In this document: positions 43,111-51,672 of the stretch, piece by piece
Layout of the letters: every line of letters begins with the position of its first letter
Position numbering within the stretch: the first letter of the stretch is position 1
Assembly: GCA_947465575.1 (NCBI GenBank)
Contig: CANIBB010000001.1
Span: 2,804-66,803, forward strand
Reading direction: 5' to 3'
Length of the DNA stretch: 64,000 bases
Source: Actinomycetota bacterium
GTDB taxonomy: Bacteria; Actinomycetota; Actinomycetes; Nanopelagicales; Nanopelagicaceae
Notes under the pieces: model-generated
Database searches by the model: none
Told to the model about the DNA's origin: nothing
The model's input: the letters and a program-made list of their open reading frames with translations, nothing else
Position numbers and translations under genes: made by a program

Positions 43111-44556
43111 CTAACCAATCCAAGAATTAATTGGAGAGGACAAGAAATAGATCATAAACAGACCTGAAACAAGTAGCATCAAAGGATGAACTTCTTTGCC
43201 GCGACCCTGAACTAAACGGATTACAACGTGTGTAATAAATCCAGCTCCAATACCTACTGAGATGTTGTAGGTGAATGGCATCAAGATTATTGTTAGGAAG
43301 GCTGGGATTCCAATTCCTAGATCGTCCCAATCAATTTTCTTGATCTGTGTCATCATAAGGAATCCGACAATAATCAAGGCTGGAGTAGCAGCTTCATAAG
43401 GGATTACAGCTACTAATGGCGCGAGGAAAGTTGTGAGGAGGAACATAACTCCAGTAACAACTGAGGCAAGACCAGTACGTGCGCCTTCACCAACACCTGC
43501 AGCCGATTCTATGTAACTAGTATTTGAAGAAATTCCTGCAGCACCGCCTGCAGCGGCCGCTATGGAATCCACCAAAAGAATCTTTTGGATGTTATCAACA
43601 TTGCCTTCTTTATCTGCGAGTCCAGCTTCGTGTCCGATTGCAGTAACTGTTCCTACTGTGTCAAAGAAGTCAGACAATAACAATGTAAAGAGCAACAAGA
43701 TTGCCGCAATAAGTGAGACATTATCCAATGTAAATGCGCCGAAGAGATCGAACTGTCCTGTGAAATCGAATTCAGGAACAGCAATAATATCCGTTGGCAC
43801 TGATGGAATGTTGAGTCCCCAACCACCGTCTACGATTGTCGGTGGATTTCCTGGCGTAAAGCCTGGGGCAATCTTGTAGAGCTTCTGAATAATGATGGCG
43901 GCAACAGTTGCACCGACGATACCGATGAGGATTGCCCCTTTGACTTTTCGAACCATCAATCCGATGATCAAAAGCGTTCCAAAGACGAAGACAACTGTGG
44001 GCCAACCAACTAGATTTCCATTAACACCAAGACCCACTGGAACTGGACCACCAGCGGTGCGACGAACAAAGCCAGCATCTACCAAGCCAATAAGGGCGAT
44101 AAATAGACCAATTCCTACGGAGATTGCTATTTTAATCTGGGGTGGAACGGCCTTAAAGACTGCGACTCGGAAGCCAGTCAACACTAGAACCAAAATAATA
44201 AGACCTTCAAGAACGACAAGGCCCATCGCTGCAGCCCATGTCATCTTTGAGGCTATGCCGACTGCAACAAAAGTATTAAGACCAAGTCCAGTTGCAAGTG
44301 CAAGCGGATAATTAGCAACCGAACCCATAAGAATAGTTAATACACCTGCTACTAGTGCTGTTGTCGCTGCAACCATGGCCGGTGCAGGCTGCGCGCCGCC
44401 AAAGAGGAACTGACCGTTTTTATCTGGCGAGTAAGCCAAGATAATTGGGTTAAGGGCAACGATGTAAGCCATGGTGAAGAAGGTAACAAGACCACCTCTG
44501 ACCTCTTGGGCGATCGAAGAACCACGTTCTGAGATTTTAAAATATGAATCCAGCAT
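43111..44556 (-). CDS. NCS2 family nucleobase permease (AzgA/PbuG-like purine permease)
   Basis: EVRGGLVTFFTMAYI, GLGLN, DFFDTVGT, YIESAAGVGEGARTGLAS, PFTYNIS; start ATG 44556 after SD GAGAGG. Confidence 0.93.
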   Translation of the reverse strand: MLDSYFKISERGSSIAQEVRGGLVTFFTMAYIVALNPIILAYSPDKNGQFLFGGAQPAPAMVAATTALVAGVLTILMGSVANYPLALATGLGLNTFVAVGIASKMTWAAAMGLVVLEGLIILVLVLTGFRVAVFKAVPPQIKIAISVGIGLFIALIGLVDAGFVRRTAGGPVPVGLGVNGNLVGWPTVVFVFGTLLIIGLMVRKVKGAILIGIVGATVAAIIIQKLYKIAPGFTPGNPPTIVDGGWGLNIPSVPTDIIAVPEFDFTGQFDLFGAFTLDNVSLIAAILLLFTLLLSDFFDTVGTVTAIGHEAGLADKEGNVDNIQKILLVDSIAAAAGGAAGISSNTSYIESAAGVGEGARTGLASVVTGVMFLLTTFLAPLVAVIPYEAATPALIIVGFLMMTQIKKIDWDDLGIGIPAFLTIILMPFTYNISVGIGAGFITHVVIRLVQGRGKEVHPLMLLVSGLFMIYFLSSPINSWIG

Positions 44557-44640
44557 AATTGCAGCCTCTCTAATTTTGATAACGGGGGTGTTTAGGACCC
44601 CGTGTGCGATGAAGCGACCAGCACAACGGTCGGGGGATAG
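44557..44640 (-). promoter_or_regulatory. Structured 5' leader of the NCS2 permease (pseudoknot plus hairpin; candidate riboswitch)
   Basis: -10 TAGCCT at 44650-44645; stem CGACC/GGUCG; loop UGUGC complementary to downstream GCACA; hairpin ACGGGG/CCCCGU. Confidence 0.5.
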
Positions 44641-44654
44641 CATGAGGCTATCGG

Positions 44655-45326
44655 CTACTTCTCAGTAAGACGGGCTACGACACCAAGGGCTACGGCGATA
44701 GATTGACCAATAAGAACGGCAAATAGAAGCGTTCCAAGGCCGACATTTCCGCCTAGGAGGGCGCCGAGGGCTACAACGGTGAGCTCTATCGCTAAGCGAA
44801 CTCGTCCGACGCGGACCCCAGAGCGCTGATGAATTGCCGTCATTAAGCCATCACGAGGACCAGATCCGAGGCCACACGTGATATATAAACTCGTCGCGAC
44901 TCCCACCATTGCGATGCCAAGAAGTGCGAAAACTACTCCCCATATGAAACTGCTCTGTAAGGGAATAATTGATGTTCCGAGTTGAATCGCGATCGCGATG
45001 ATGATCAAATTTGAGAGAGTTCCAAAGCCTGGCTTTTCGCGTAGAGGAATCCATGCAAGAAGCACAACCGCGCTGATTGCAAAAGTGGACCAACCCATTG
45101 AGATATTTAGATTGACAGAAATGCCTTGTGCCAGCACAGACCAGGGGCCATTACCAATATTGCTCTGGATAACGAATGCATCCCCGATTCCAAAAATGAA
45201 GAGGCCCAAAAACAATATTACGATTCTAAGAAAATTAAGATCCCATCGACCTGTTGCTGTCCAAGGAGTGTGCGGAACCGATCTATGAGGGCGCAAGAAC
45301 TCGGCGAAAGCATTTACTGACACCAT
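44655..45326 (-). CDS. YczE/YitT-like membrane protein
   Basis: GNGPWSVL, KPGFGT, GLGSGPRDGLM, VGLGT motifs; several TM helices. Confidence 0.8.
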   Translation of the reverse strand: MVSVNAFAEFLRPHRSVPHTPWTATGRWDLNFLRIVILFLGLFIFGIGDAFVIQSNIGNGPWSVLAQGISVNLNISMGWSTFAISAVVLLAWIPLREKPGFGTLSNLIIIAIAIQLGTSIIPLQSSFIWGVVFALLGIAMVGVATSLYITCGLGSGPRDGLMTAIHQRSGVRVGRVRLAIELTVVALGALLGGNVGLGTLLFAVLIGQSIAVALGVVARLTEK

Positions 45327-45377
45327 GAGAGCCTAGTCCATGTTGCGCCTTTAATCGATAATGCGTAACCTGCAGGA

Positions 45378-46112
45378 ATGTTTCCAGGTATTGGCACTGT
45401 CATTAATGTTGTTGCAATCATTTGCGGGGGCTCCATCGGCGTGCTCGTTGGTAATCGATTAAGTATAAAAACCCGGACGTTGACCACTGATGTGCTGGGG
45501 CTCGTTACATTACTTGGCGCAGCATCGGCTCTAATGCCCATGTGGTCATCGCAATTTCGATCGGCGTTTCCAAGCGGTTGGCCATTACTAGTTGTTTTGG
45601 GATCACTATTGATCGGCGGATTGATCGGAAGTGCGTTGAAAGTAGATGAGAAGTTGGATTCTCTTGGGGAAAATCTACGCAAGAAATTCAAAGTCTCTGA
45701 AAATGGAACCTTCGTTGAGGGTTTCGTTTCTGCCGCATTACTGTTTGCAATTGGGCCGCTTGCCATATTGGGCTCTATTAGCGATGGTATGTCGACTGGT
45801 ATTGATCAACTCTTGTTGAAGAGCACATTGGACTTCTTTGCCGCCATGGCCTTTGCCTCATCACTTGGTTGGGGGGTTGCAGTTGCTGCAATTCCAGTAG
45901 CAATCTACCAAGGAGCCTGGACAGTCATCGGTCTGTTTCTAGGTACGGTTTTAACCACCTATCAAATCGATGCAATGACAGTTGTCGGGGGAGTGATGCT
46001 AATTACGATCGGCTTAAGTTTACTCAATATTAAGAAGGTCTCCGTCGGCAATCTTCTTCCCGCTTTAGCTGTCGCTCCGTTATTTGCTTTCGCAATTCAT
46101 AGTTTTCTATAA
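45378..46112 (+). CDS. DUF554 family membrane protein
   Basis: GTVINVVAI, FVEGFVSAALLF, GPLAILGSI, KSTLD, GNLLPAL. Confidence 0.85.
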   Translation: MFPGIGTVINVVAIICGGSIGVLVGNRLSIKTRTLTTDVLGLVTLLGAASALMPMWSSQFRSAFPSGWPLLVVLGSLLIGGLIGSALKVDEKLDSLGENLRKKFKVSENGTFVEGFVSAALLFAIGPLAILGSISDGMSTGIDQLLLKSTLDFFAAMAFASSLGWGVAVAAIPVAIYQGAWTVIGLFLGTVLTTYQIDAMTVVGGVMLITIGLSLLNIKKVSVGNLLPALAVAPLFAFAIHSFL

Positions 46113-46115
46113 CAA

Positions 46116-47156
46116 CTAAAAGGTAGAAGCATCGATCACGAATCGATATTTAACATCACTTGCAACTGTTCGCGCATAGGCAGTGTCGGCGTAGCTGGCC
46201 CGGATAATCTCCACATCACTTACTATCGAATGTTCTCCACAGAAATTGAGCATCTCTTGTATCTCAGGAATTCCGCCGATCATTGACCCGGCGATTCGAC
46301 GACGCCCATCAAGAAGCGAACCGACATTAACGGTGTACGGCTTTCCTGGTAGACCTATAACGACCAATGTGCCATCTAAGGTGAGTAAATCTAGATAGAG
46401 ATTTATATCAAGATCGGCGCTGACAGTATTTAGTATTAAATCGAATTTCTTGTGCAAAGGCGTGAGAGCGGCTGGGTCTCGTGTCACAACAAAGTGATCT
46501 GCTCCCATAGCCTTTGCATCGATCTCTTTAGCAGGGGAGTGGGAGAAGACGGTAACCTCTGCCCCCATTGCGTGGGCAAACTTAACTCCCATGTGCCCCA
46601 ATCCTCCAAGACCCATGACACCTACCTGCATGCCAGCACGCGCACCCCATTTTTTCAATGGCGAGTACAGAGTAATTCCTGCACACAAAAGCGGAGCGAC
46701 ACCTGCTAATGAAAGGTTTGATGGAATATGGACGGCATAGTCCTCGTTGATCACGAAATTATTGGAATAACCACCGTATGCGACCGTCTTACCATCGCGC
46801 TCCAAGGTGTTATATGTGCCGGTCATTCCATTGACACAATACTGCTGAAGCCCTGACAAACAACTTGGGCATGTTCGACATGAATCAATAAATACGCCAA
46901 CTCCGATTAAATCCCCAACGGCAAACTTAGTAACAGAGTTTCCGATTGCTCTTACAACACCTGCAATTTCATGACCCGGCACCATTGGAAATATGGCCGG
47001 TCCCCACTCTTCTCGAACCTGGTGAATATCGGAGTGACATATACCGGCGTAGGAGATATCTAGAGCTACATCGTGGCTGCCTAAGTCACGACGATCAAAG
47101 GTAAATGGTGTTAACTGTGCTCCCGCGCTTAATGCAGCTAGTCCTTGAGATTTCAC
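46116..47156 (-). CDS. Zn-dependent NAD(P) alcohol dehydrogenase (cinnamyl ADH-like)
   Basis: GICHSD, PGHE, four-Cys Zn site, PLLCAGIT, GLGGLGH, YRFVID; GTG start at 47156 after SD AAGGAG. Confidence 0.93.
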   Translation of the reverse strand: MKSQGLAALSAGAQLTPFTFDRRDLGSHDVALDISYAGICHSDIHQVREEWGPAIFPMVPGHEIAGVVRAIGNSVTKFAVGDLIGVGVFIDSCRTCPSCLSGLQQYCVNGMTGTYNTLERDGKTVAYGGYSNNFVINEDYAVHIPSNLSLAGVAPLLCAGITLYSPLKKWGARAGMQVGVMGLGGLGHMGVKFAHAMGAEVTVFSHSPAKEIDAKAMGADHFVVTRDPAALTPLHKKFDLILNTVSADLDINLYLDLLTLDGTLVVIGLPGKPYTVNVGSLLDGRRRIAGSMIGGIPEIQEMLNFCGEHSIVSDVEIIRASYADTAYARTVASDVKYRFVIDASTF

Positions 47157-47160
47157 GTGA

Positions 47161-47805
47161 TTACTCCTTAAATGGAAGAGGTTGCGAGGATACGTGAGCG
47201 GCCCTGGAAGCGCGCGCTGTAACTTGGCGCATGTGATGACGACGACAAAGAACCTCATATGCGATTTCTGCGCCCGGTATTACATCGCCAACAACGACCT
47301 GCTCGCCCGTAACAACCATTACACCACCCGATGTACGGGCATTGTGTGTTGCACGTGAACCGCACCAGCACAGCGCTTCGACCTGCAAAGCGTGAACGCG
47401 ATCTGCCAGCTCAATCAATCGTGCAGATCCTGGAAAGAGCAAGGTTTGAAAATCCGTCAGAATTCCAAATGCAAACACGTCGATGCCCAGTCCATCAACG
47501 ATTTTAGCTAATTGTTCGATTTGGGCACGCTCATAGAACTGAGCCTCATCGCAAACGATGTAATCAATGCGATCACCTGCCGATAAATGGTCTACGACAT
47601 GCTTATGTAGATCCATGCCAGGGATAACTTCAATGGCGGGAGAGGAGAGTCCTAAACGCGATGAGATGACACCACTTCCGGCGCGATCTTTGTTTGTGAA
47701 TATCACACCGCTTCGACCACGACTGTGATGATTATGTGCCGTCTGCAGGGCAAGCGTCGACTTGCCGCTATCCATAGTCCCGCAGTAATAGATTAACTCA
47801 GCCAT
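47161..47805 (-). CDS. tdk: Thymidine kinase
   Basis: GTMDSGKST, DEAQF, TDFQ, CWCG, YEVLCRRH. Confidence 0.94.
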   Translation of the reverse strand: MAELIYYCGTMDSGKSTLALQTAHNHHSRGRSGVIFTNKDRAGSGVISSRLGLSSPAIEVIPGMDLHKHVVDHLSAGDRIDYIVCDEAQFYERAQIEQLAKIVDGLGIDVFAFGILTDFQTLLFPGSARLIELADRVHALQVEALCWCGSRATHNARTSGGVMVVTGEQVVVGDVIPGAEIAYEVLCRRHHMRQVTARASRAAHVSSQPLPFKE

Positions 47806-47826
47806 GCAAACTATCTTGCCATAACT

Positions 47827-49677
47827 TTAGTCAAAGAGACCCTTGGCATTTAAAGCCCGCTCAAGCTGCGGCAATAAATGAAGTGCCATCGCAACGGATA
47901 TATGGGATGCATCACGATATGCAACTATTGAGTCGATGATGGCGGGGCAGTAAGAGGTACAAAGCCATGGAGTTGGGTCGATGACTTCAAAACCTTTTAC
48001 GACGCTAACGATCGACTTCTCGGATAGATCGCACTGGCTCGAGTTTCGTGAGGCTAGACATGAAGGTATATCTCGCGAGGGATGAGGAGTGTCGCTGATA
48101 TAAATTAGATGAGGGCTCGATCCTTTGAGCGAACTCAGAAGTTTTCTTTGACCCTCGCTCCACCATTTGGCACGATCATTATTGCCGGCACGAGGTGTGT
48201 AGTACTGGAAACTACTCACGAATACCGTGGCTGGACGGATGTCTTTAATTCGAGCAATCGAATTTTCTCTCCATTTTTCACAGTGAGCGTTCTTAAAAGC
48301 GCCTTGATCTGGACGGGGTGAGTCAACTGATGGACAGGCGGACTTAGTGAAAGAGATCAATTTGAAGGATTTCTTGATTGCCAGTTTTTCAAGAGTTGGG
48401 AACCACTGAGCTGCATGTGAATCGCCATAAAGGACGATTGTCACTGAAGAACTCTTATCACCGTAAGTGCAGTAGCCCGATTTCGTTTCACCATAATTTA
48501 CATGACAGCCATCGCCATACACCGCTGGTTTTGACATAACTTGGGTCAAATCAAAGCTGTATGGGTGATCGCCCTTAGTTGCGATGACCGATGTCGCGGA
48601 AGTTGAAATGAGAATTCCAATCACAAGTGAGGCGACGGTGGTACTCAAGGCAGCCCTGTAAAGTTTCTTTGGTGCAATCTTTACATGGCGAAGGGGTTCT
48701 TCTATAAATCTATTTGTAAGATGTGCCAAAACAACAGTCAGCCCGATGCAGGCAAAACGTTCGAGCACGTGTAAAGGTCGACCGAGTGCACTGCTCGGTA
48801 TAACAAGAGCTGGCCAGTGCCATAAGTAAAGAGGATATGAAATCTTTCCGAGCCACTGAGAAATACGGTTATTTGAGAGATGATTAAAGACTGGTGGCCA
48901 CTTCGAAATACTGGCAATCAATATTGCAGTACCTACAACTGGAAGTAATGCATTAATGCCGGGGAAGGCGGTGTTGTCGTTAAAGTTAAAGGATGCGACA
49001 AGGATTGCTGATAGACCAAGCCACGGTAAGAGTCGGTGTTTAAATGCATTAACTGGGATGAATAGAAGCAGCGCACCTATCCCCAGTTCCCATGCGCGTG
49101 TTGGTAATGAATAGAAGGCCCATATTGGGGAAGTCTGAGTTTGGTAAATCGAGAGAATAAGAGAGAGGGTTGTTATGACTGAAATACCCAATAACACTGC
49201 CCGTTTTCCCAATCGAGCCAAGAGAATCATTAGTATCGGCCAAATTAAGTAGAACTGCTCTTCAACTGCGAGTGACCAATAGTGAATAAATGGGGAAGGG
49301 GTTGCATTCAGATTCTGGTAATCATTCTCCCACCAGGCAAATAAGTAGTTAGAAATATATGCAGCAGCTGCAAAGAGATCTCTACCAAGAACATCTCGTG
49401 TGATTGCTGGCAACACAAACCATCCGACGAAAGCGGTAGTAAATAGTACGAAGACCGATGTTGGCAACAAACGTTTTATACGGCGCTGATAGAAAGCTGC
49501 GAGATTGAGATGGCCGGTACTTTCTATTTCGCGCAGAATTAGACCAGTTATTAAGTAGCCAGAAATAACATAAAAAATATCAACGCCGATGAATCCACCA
49601 GGAACTAAACGTGCGTGAAAGAAAGTTACTACGATTGCCGCGAAAGCGCGCAACCCTTGAATCTGGAGTACACGCAT
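47827..49677 (-). CDS. Acyltransferase-3 / SGNH fusion O-acetyltransferase (OafA/OatA-like)
   Basis: IQGLRA, GVDIFYVISGYLIT, RRIKRL, HYWSLAVEEQFY, SYPLYLWHWP; SGNH domain with GDSHA and DASH. Confidence 0.92.
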   Translation of the reverse strand: MRVLQIQGLRAFAAIVVTFFHARLVPGGFIGVDIFYVISGYLITGLILREIESTGHLNLAAFYQRRIKRLLPTSVFVLFTTAFVGWFVLPAITRDVLGRDLFAAAAYISNYLFAWWENDYQNLNATPSPFIHYWSLAVEEQFYLIWPILMILLARLGKRAVLLGISVITTLSLILSIYQTQTSPIWAFYSLPTRAWELGIGALLLFIPVNAFKHRLLPWLGLSAILVASFNFNDNTAFPGINALLPVVGTAILIASISKWPPVFNHLSNNRISQWLGKISYPLYLWHWPALVIPSSALGRPLHVLERFACIGLTVVLAHLTNRFIEEPLRHVKIAPKKLYRAALSTTVASLVIGILISTSATSVIATKGDHPYSFDLTQVMSKPAVYGDGCHVNYGETKSGYCTYGDKSSSVTIVLYGDSHAAQWFPTLEKLAIKKSFKLISFTKSACPSVDSPRPDQGAFKNAHCEKWRENSIARIKDIRPATVFVSSFQYYTPRAGNNDRAKWWSEGQRKLLSSLKGSSPHLIYISDTPHPSRDIPSCLASRNSSQCDLSEKSIVSVVKGFEVIDPTPWLCTSYCPAIIDSIVAYRDASHISVAMALHLLPQLERALNAKGLFD

Positions 49678-49679
49678 TT

Positions 49680-50207
49680 TTATGTAAGTATCAGAGTAGT
49701 GATATCAATGCCAGGGAATTTGCTTTTAACATTTTCTCTTCCTGGAAGATCTGCAATTTCGATGAGAGCAAGAACATGGGCGACTGTGCCGCCACTGCGA
49801 TGGATCAAATCAATAGCGGCACAAATCGTTCCGCCCGTGGCTAGCACATCATCGATGAGCAGAACCTTGGATCCTTCTGCTATCGCATCGGTATGAATTT
49901 CGAGAACGTCGCTGCCATACTCGAGGCCATAACTTTGCGAAATAACAGTATGTGGAAGCTTTCCAGCTTTACGGATAGGGATAAATCCAGAGCCAAGAGA
50001 ATGGGCAACCGCTGAGGCAAAAATGAAGCCCCGTGCTTCGATACCTGCAATCAATGTTGGCGCGTTTGCAAAGGTGGCAAAATGATTTGTGACCGCTGTA
50101 AAGGCTTCTCCATTTGCAAGGAGTGGAGTGATGTCCTGGAACCGAATACCAGGTTTGGGGTAATCAGGGATTTCACGGATGAGCGAAAGGGCTTCATCTA
50201 TCTGCAT
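49680..50207 (-). CDS. apt: Adenine phosphoribosyltransferase
   Basis: PDYPKPGIRFQDITPLL, EARGF, RKAGKLP, LEYG, IDDVLATGGT; start ATG 50207 gives a normal 175 aa. Confidence 0.96.
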   Translation of the reverse strand: MQIDEALSLIREIPDYPKPGIRFQDITPLLANGEAFTAVTNHFATFANAPTLIAGIEARGFIFASAVAHSLGSGFIPIRKAGKLPHTVISQSYGLEYGSDVLEIHTDAIAEGSKVLLIDDVLATGGTICAAIDLIHRSGGTVAHVLALIEIADLPGRENVKSKFPGIDITTLILT

Positions 50208-50208
50208 G

Positions 50209-50292
50209 TGTCCGAGAGGAGACTTGAACTCCCAATCCCTTGCGGGAACTAGCACCTCAAGCTAGCGCGTCTGCCAATTCCGCCACCCGGAC
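50209..50292 (-). tRNA. tRNA-Leu (anticodon GAG), CCA not encoded
   Basis: Acceptor GTCCGGG/CTCGGAC+A; D-arm GCG-GAATTGGCAGA-CGC; anticodon arm CTAGC-TTGAGGT-GCTAG; long variable arm TCCC-GCAA-GGGA; T-arm GGGAG-TTCAAGT-CTCCT. Confidence 0.97.
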
Positions 50293-50335
50293 TGAGTGAA
50301 GGGTAAGGATAGCAATTCGATGAGAGAATGGCGAA

Positions 50336-51643
50336 ATGACCACTAATGCCCATCTTGAAGGCGAAGTGATCCAAATATGCCAAGAGCTCATCCGCATCCC
50401 TAGCGTTAATTTTGGTGAGGGTAAGGGAAACGAGCAAGAGGTTGCAGATTACGTTGTCGCCTCTCTAGCCGAGGTTGGAATTGCGTCAACGATTTATGAA
50501 TCAGCTCCTGGTCGATGCAATGTCATTGCGAGAATTAATGGTCGTGACTCCGCTCGGCCAGGGTTGGTAGTTCATGGACATTTAGATGTTGTACCGGTGA
50601 ATGCAGATGACTGGAGCGTTGATCCCTTTTGTGGTGACATTATCGACGGCATGATTTGGGGCCGTGGCGCTGTAGATATGAAAGGCATGGACGCCATGAT
50701 TCTTGCGATCGTTCGCAAGTGGGGTCGAAATGGTTACGTTCCACCACGCGATATTGTTGTAGCATTTTTTGCCGATGAAGAAGCCGGAAGTATTTTTGGA
50801 TCCCGCTGGATGGTCGACAATCACCCAGAGTTATTCGCTGGATGTAATCAAGCAATATCCGAAGTAGGTGGCTTTTCAGTTACTTTGAAGAACGGAAAAC
50901 GCTTGTACCCAGTGCAATCGGCGGAAAAGGGGTATCACTGGATGCGATTAACTGCCACGGGTCTAGCTGGACATGGATTGATGATCAATGAAGAAAACGC
51001 TGTTAGCGCCGTAGCCGAAGCCGTGACAAAGATCGCCGCCCATCAATGGCCTCAAAAATATACGCGAACAGTTAAAGAGTTCTTTACAACCGTAGCCAAA
51101 GTTGCGCAAAAACCCATCGACATGAAAGATTTTCGCCCACTCTTAAATGAGTTGGGATCGGCTTCTCGAATGATGAGAGCGACGTTGCAACACACAGCTA
51201 ATCCAACAATGCTAGAAGCGGGTTACAAAGCAAATGTGATCCCTCAATCGGCATCTGCCGTCATCGATGGACGCTTTCTGCCGGGTTTTGAAAATGAGTT
51301 TGAAGAAACCCTGGCCAATATCGTGGGGCCTAATATAGAGATAACGACAATCGCCAAGGGAGAAGGTCTTGAATTTCCTTTTGACGGGGCAATTTCGGCA
51401 GCTATGAATAAGGCCTTGTTAATGGGCGATCCCGATGGAACTCCAGTTCCATTTCTTATGGGTGGCTTCACAGACAATAAGTCCCTCGCAAAGCTAGGAA
51501 TTGAAGGTTATGGATTTGCCCCATTGCTCTTGCCGCCTGATTTAGATTTTATGTCACTCTTTCACGGCGTCGATGAAAGAGTTCCCGTGGATGGATTAAT
51601 TTTCGGAGTAAAAGTCTTAGAGAGTTTTCTTGAGAACTGCTAA
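50336..51643 (+). CDS. M20/M25/M40 metallo-hydrolase, copy 1 (divergent)
   Basis: HGHLDVV, GRGAVDMK, ADEEAG, EVGG, HGVDER. Confidence 0.93.
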   Translation: MTTNAHLEGEVIQICQELIRIPSVNFGEGKGNEQEVADYVVASLAEVGIASTIYESAPGRCNVIARINGRDSARPGLVVHGHLDVVPVNADDWSVDPFCGDIIDGMIWGRGAVDMKGMDAMILAIVRKWGRNGYVPPRDIVVAFFADEEAGSIFGSRWMVDNHPELFAGCNQAISEVGGFSVTLKNGKRLYPVQSAEKGYHWMRLTATGLAGHGLMINEENAVSAVAEAVTKIAAHQWPQKYTRTVKEFFTTVAKVAQKPIDMKDFRPLLNELGSASRMMRATLQHTANPTMLEAGYKANVIPQSASAVIDGRFLPGFENEFEETLANIVGPNIEITTIAKGEGLEFPFDGAISAAMNKALLMGDPDGTPVPFLMGGFTDNKSLAKLGIEGYGFAPLLLPPDLDFMSLFHGVDERVPVDGLIFGVKVLESFLENC

Positions 51644-51672
51644 AAGCAGCAATTTGATGAGAGGATAGCGAA

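Noticed and set aside
44557-44643. 29-aa N-terminal extension of the NCS2 permease
   Set aside because: An SD precedes ATG 44556 and homology starts there; ATG 44643 is only 1 nt from the -10 box.
50208-50255. N-terminal extension of Apt (MLVPARDWEFKSPLGH) in the ORF track
   Set aside because: It is just the tRNA-Leu sequence read in frame; Apt homology and normal length start at 50207.
46116-50292. tRNA-anchored genomic island or prophage
   Set aside because: No integrase, no repeated tRNA 3' end seen, housekeeping-like content, and no obvious composition shift.
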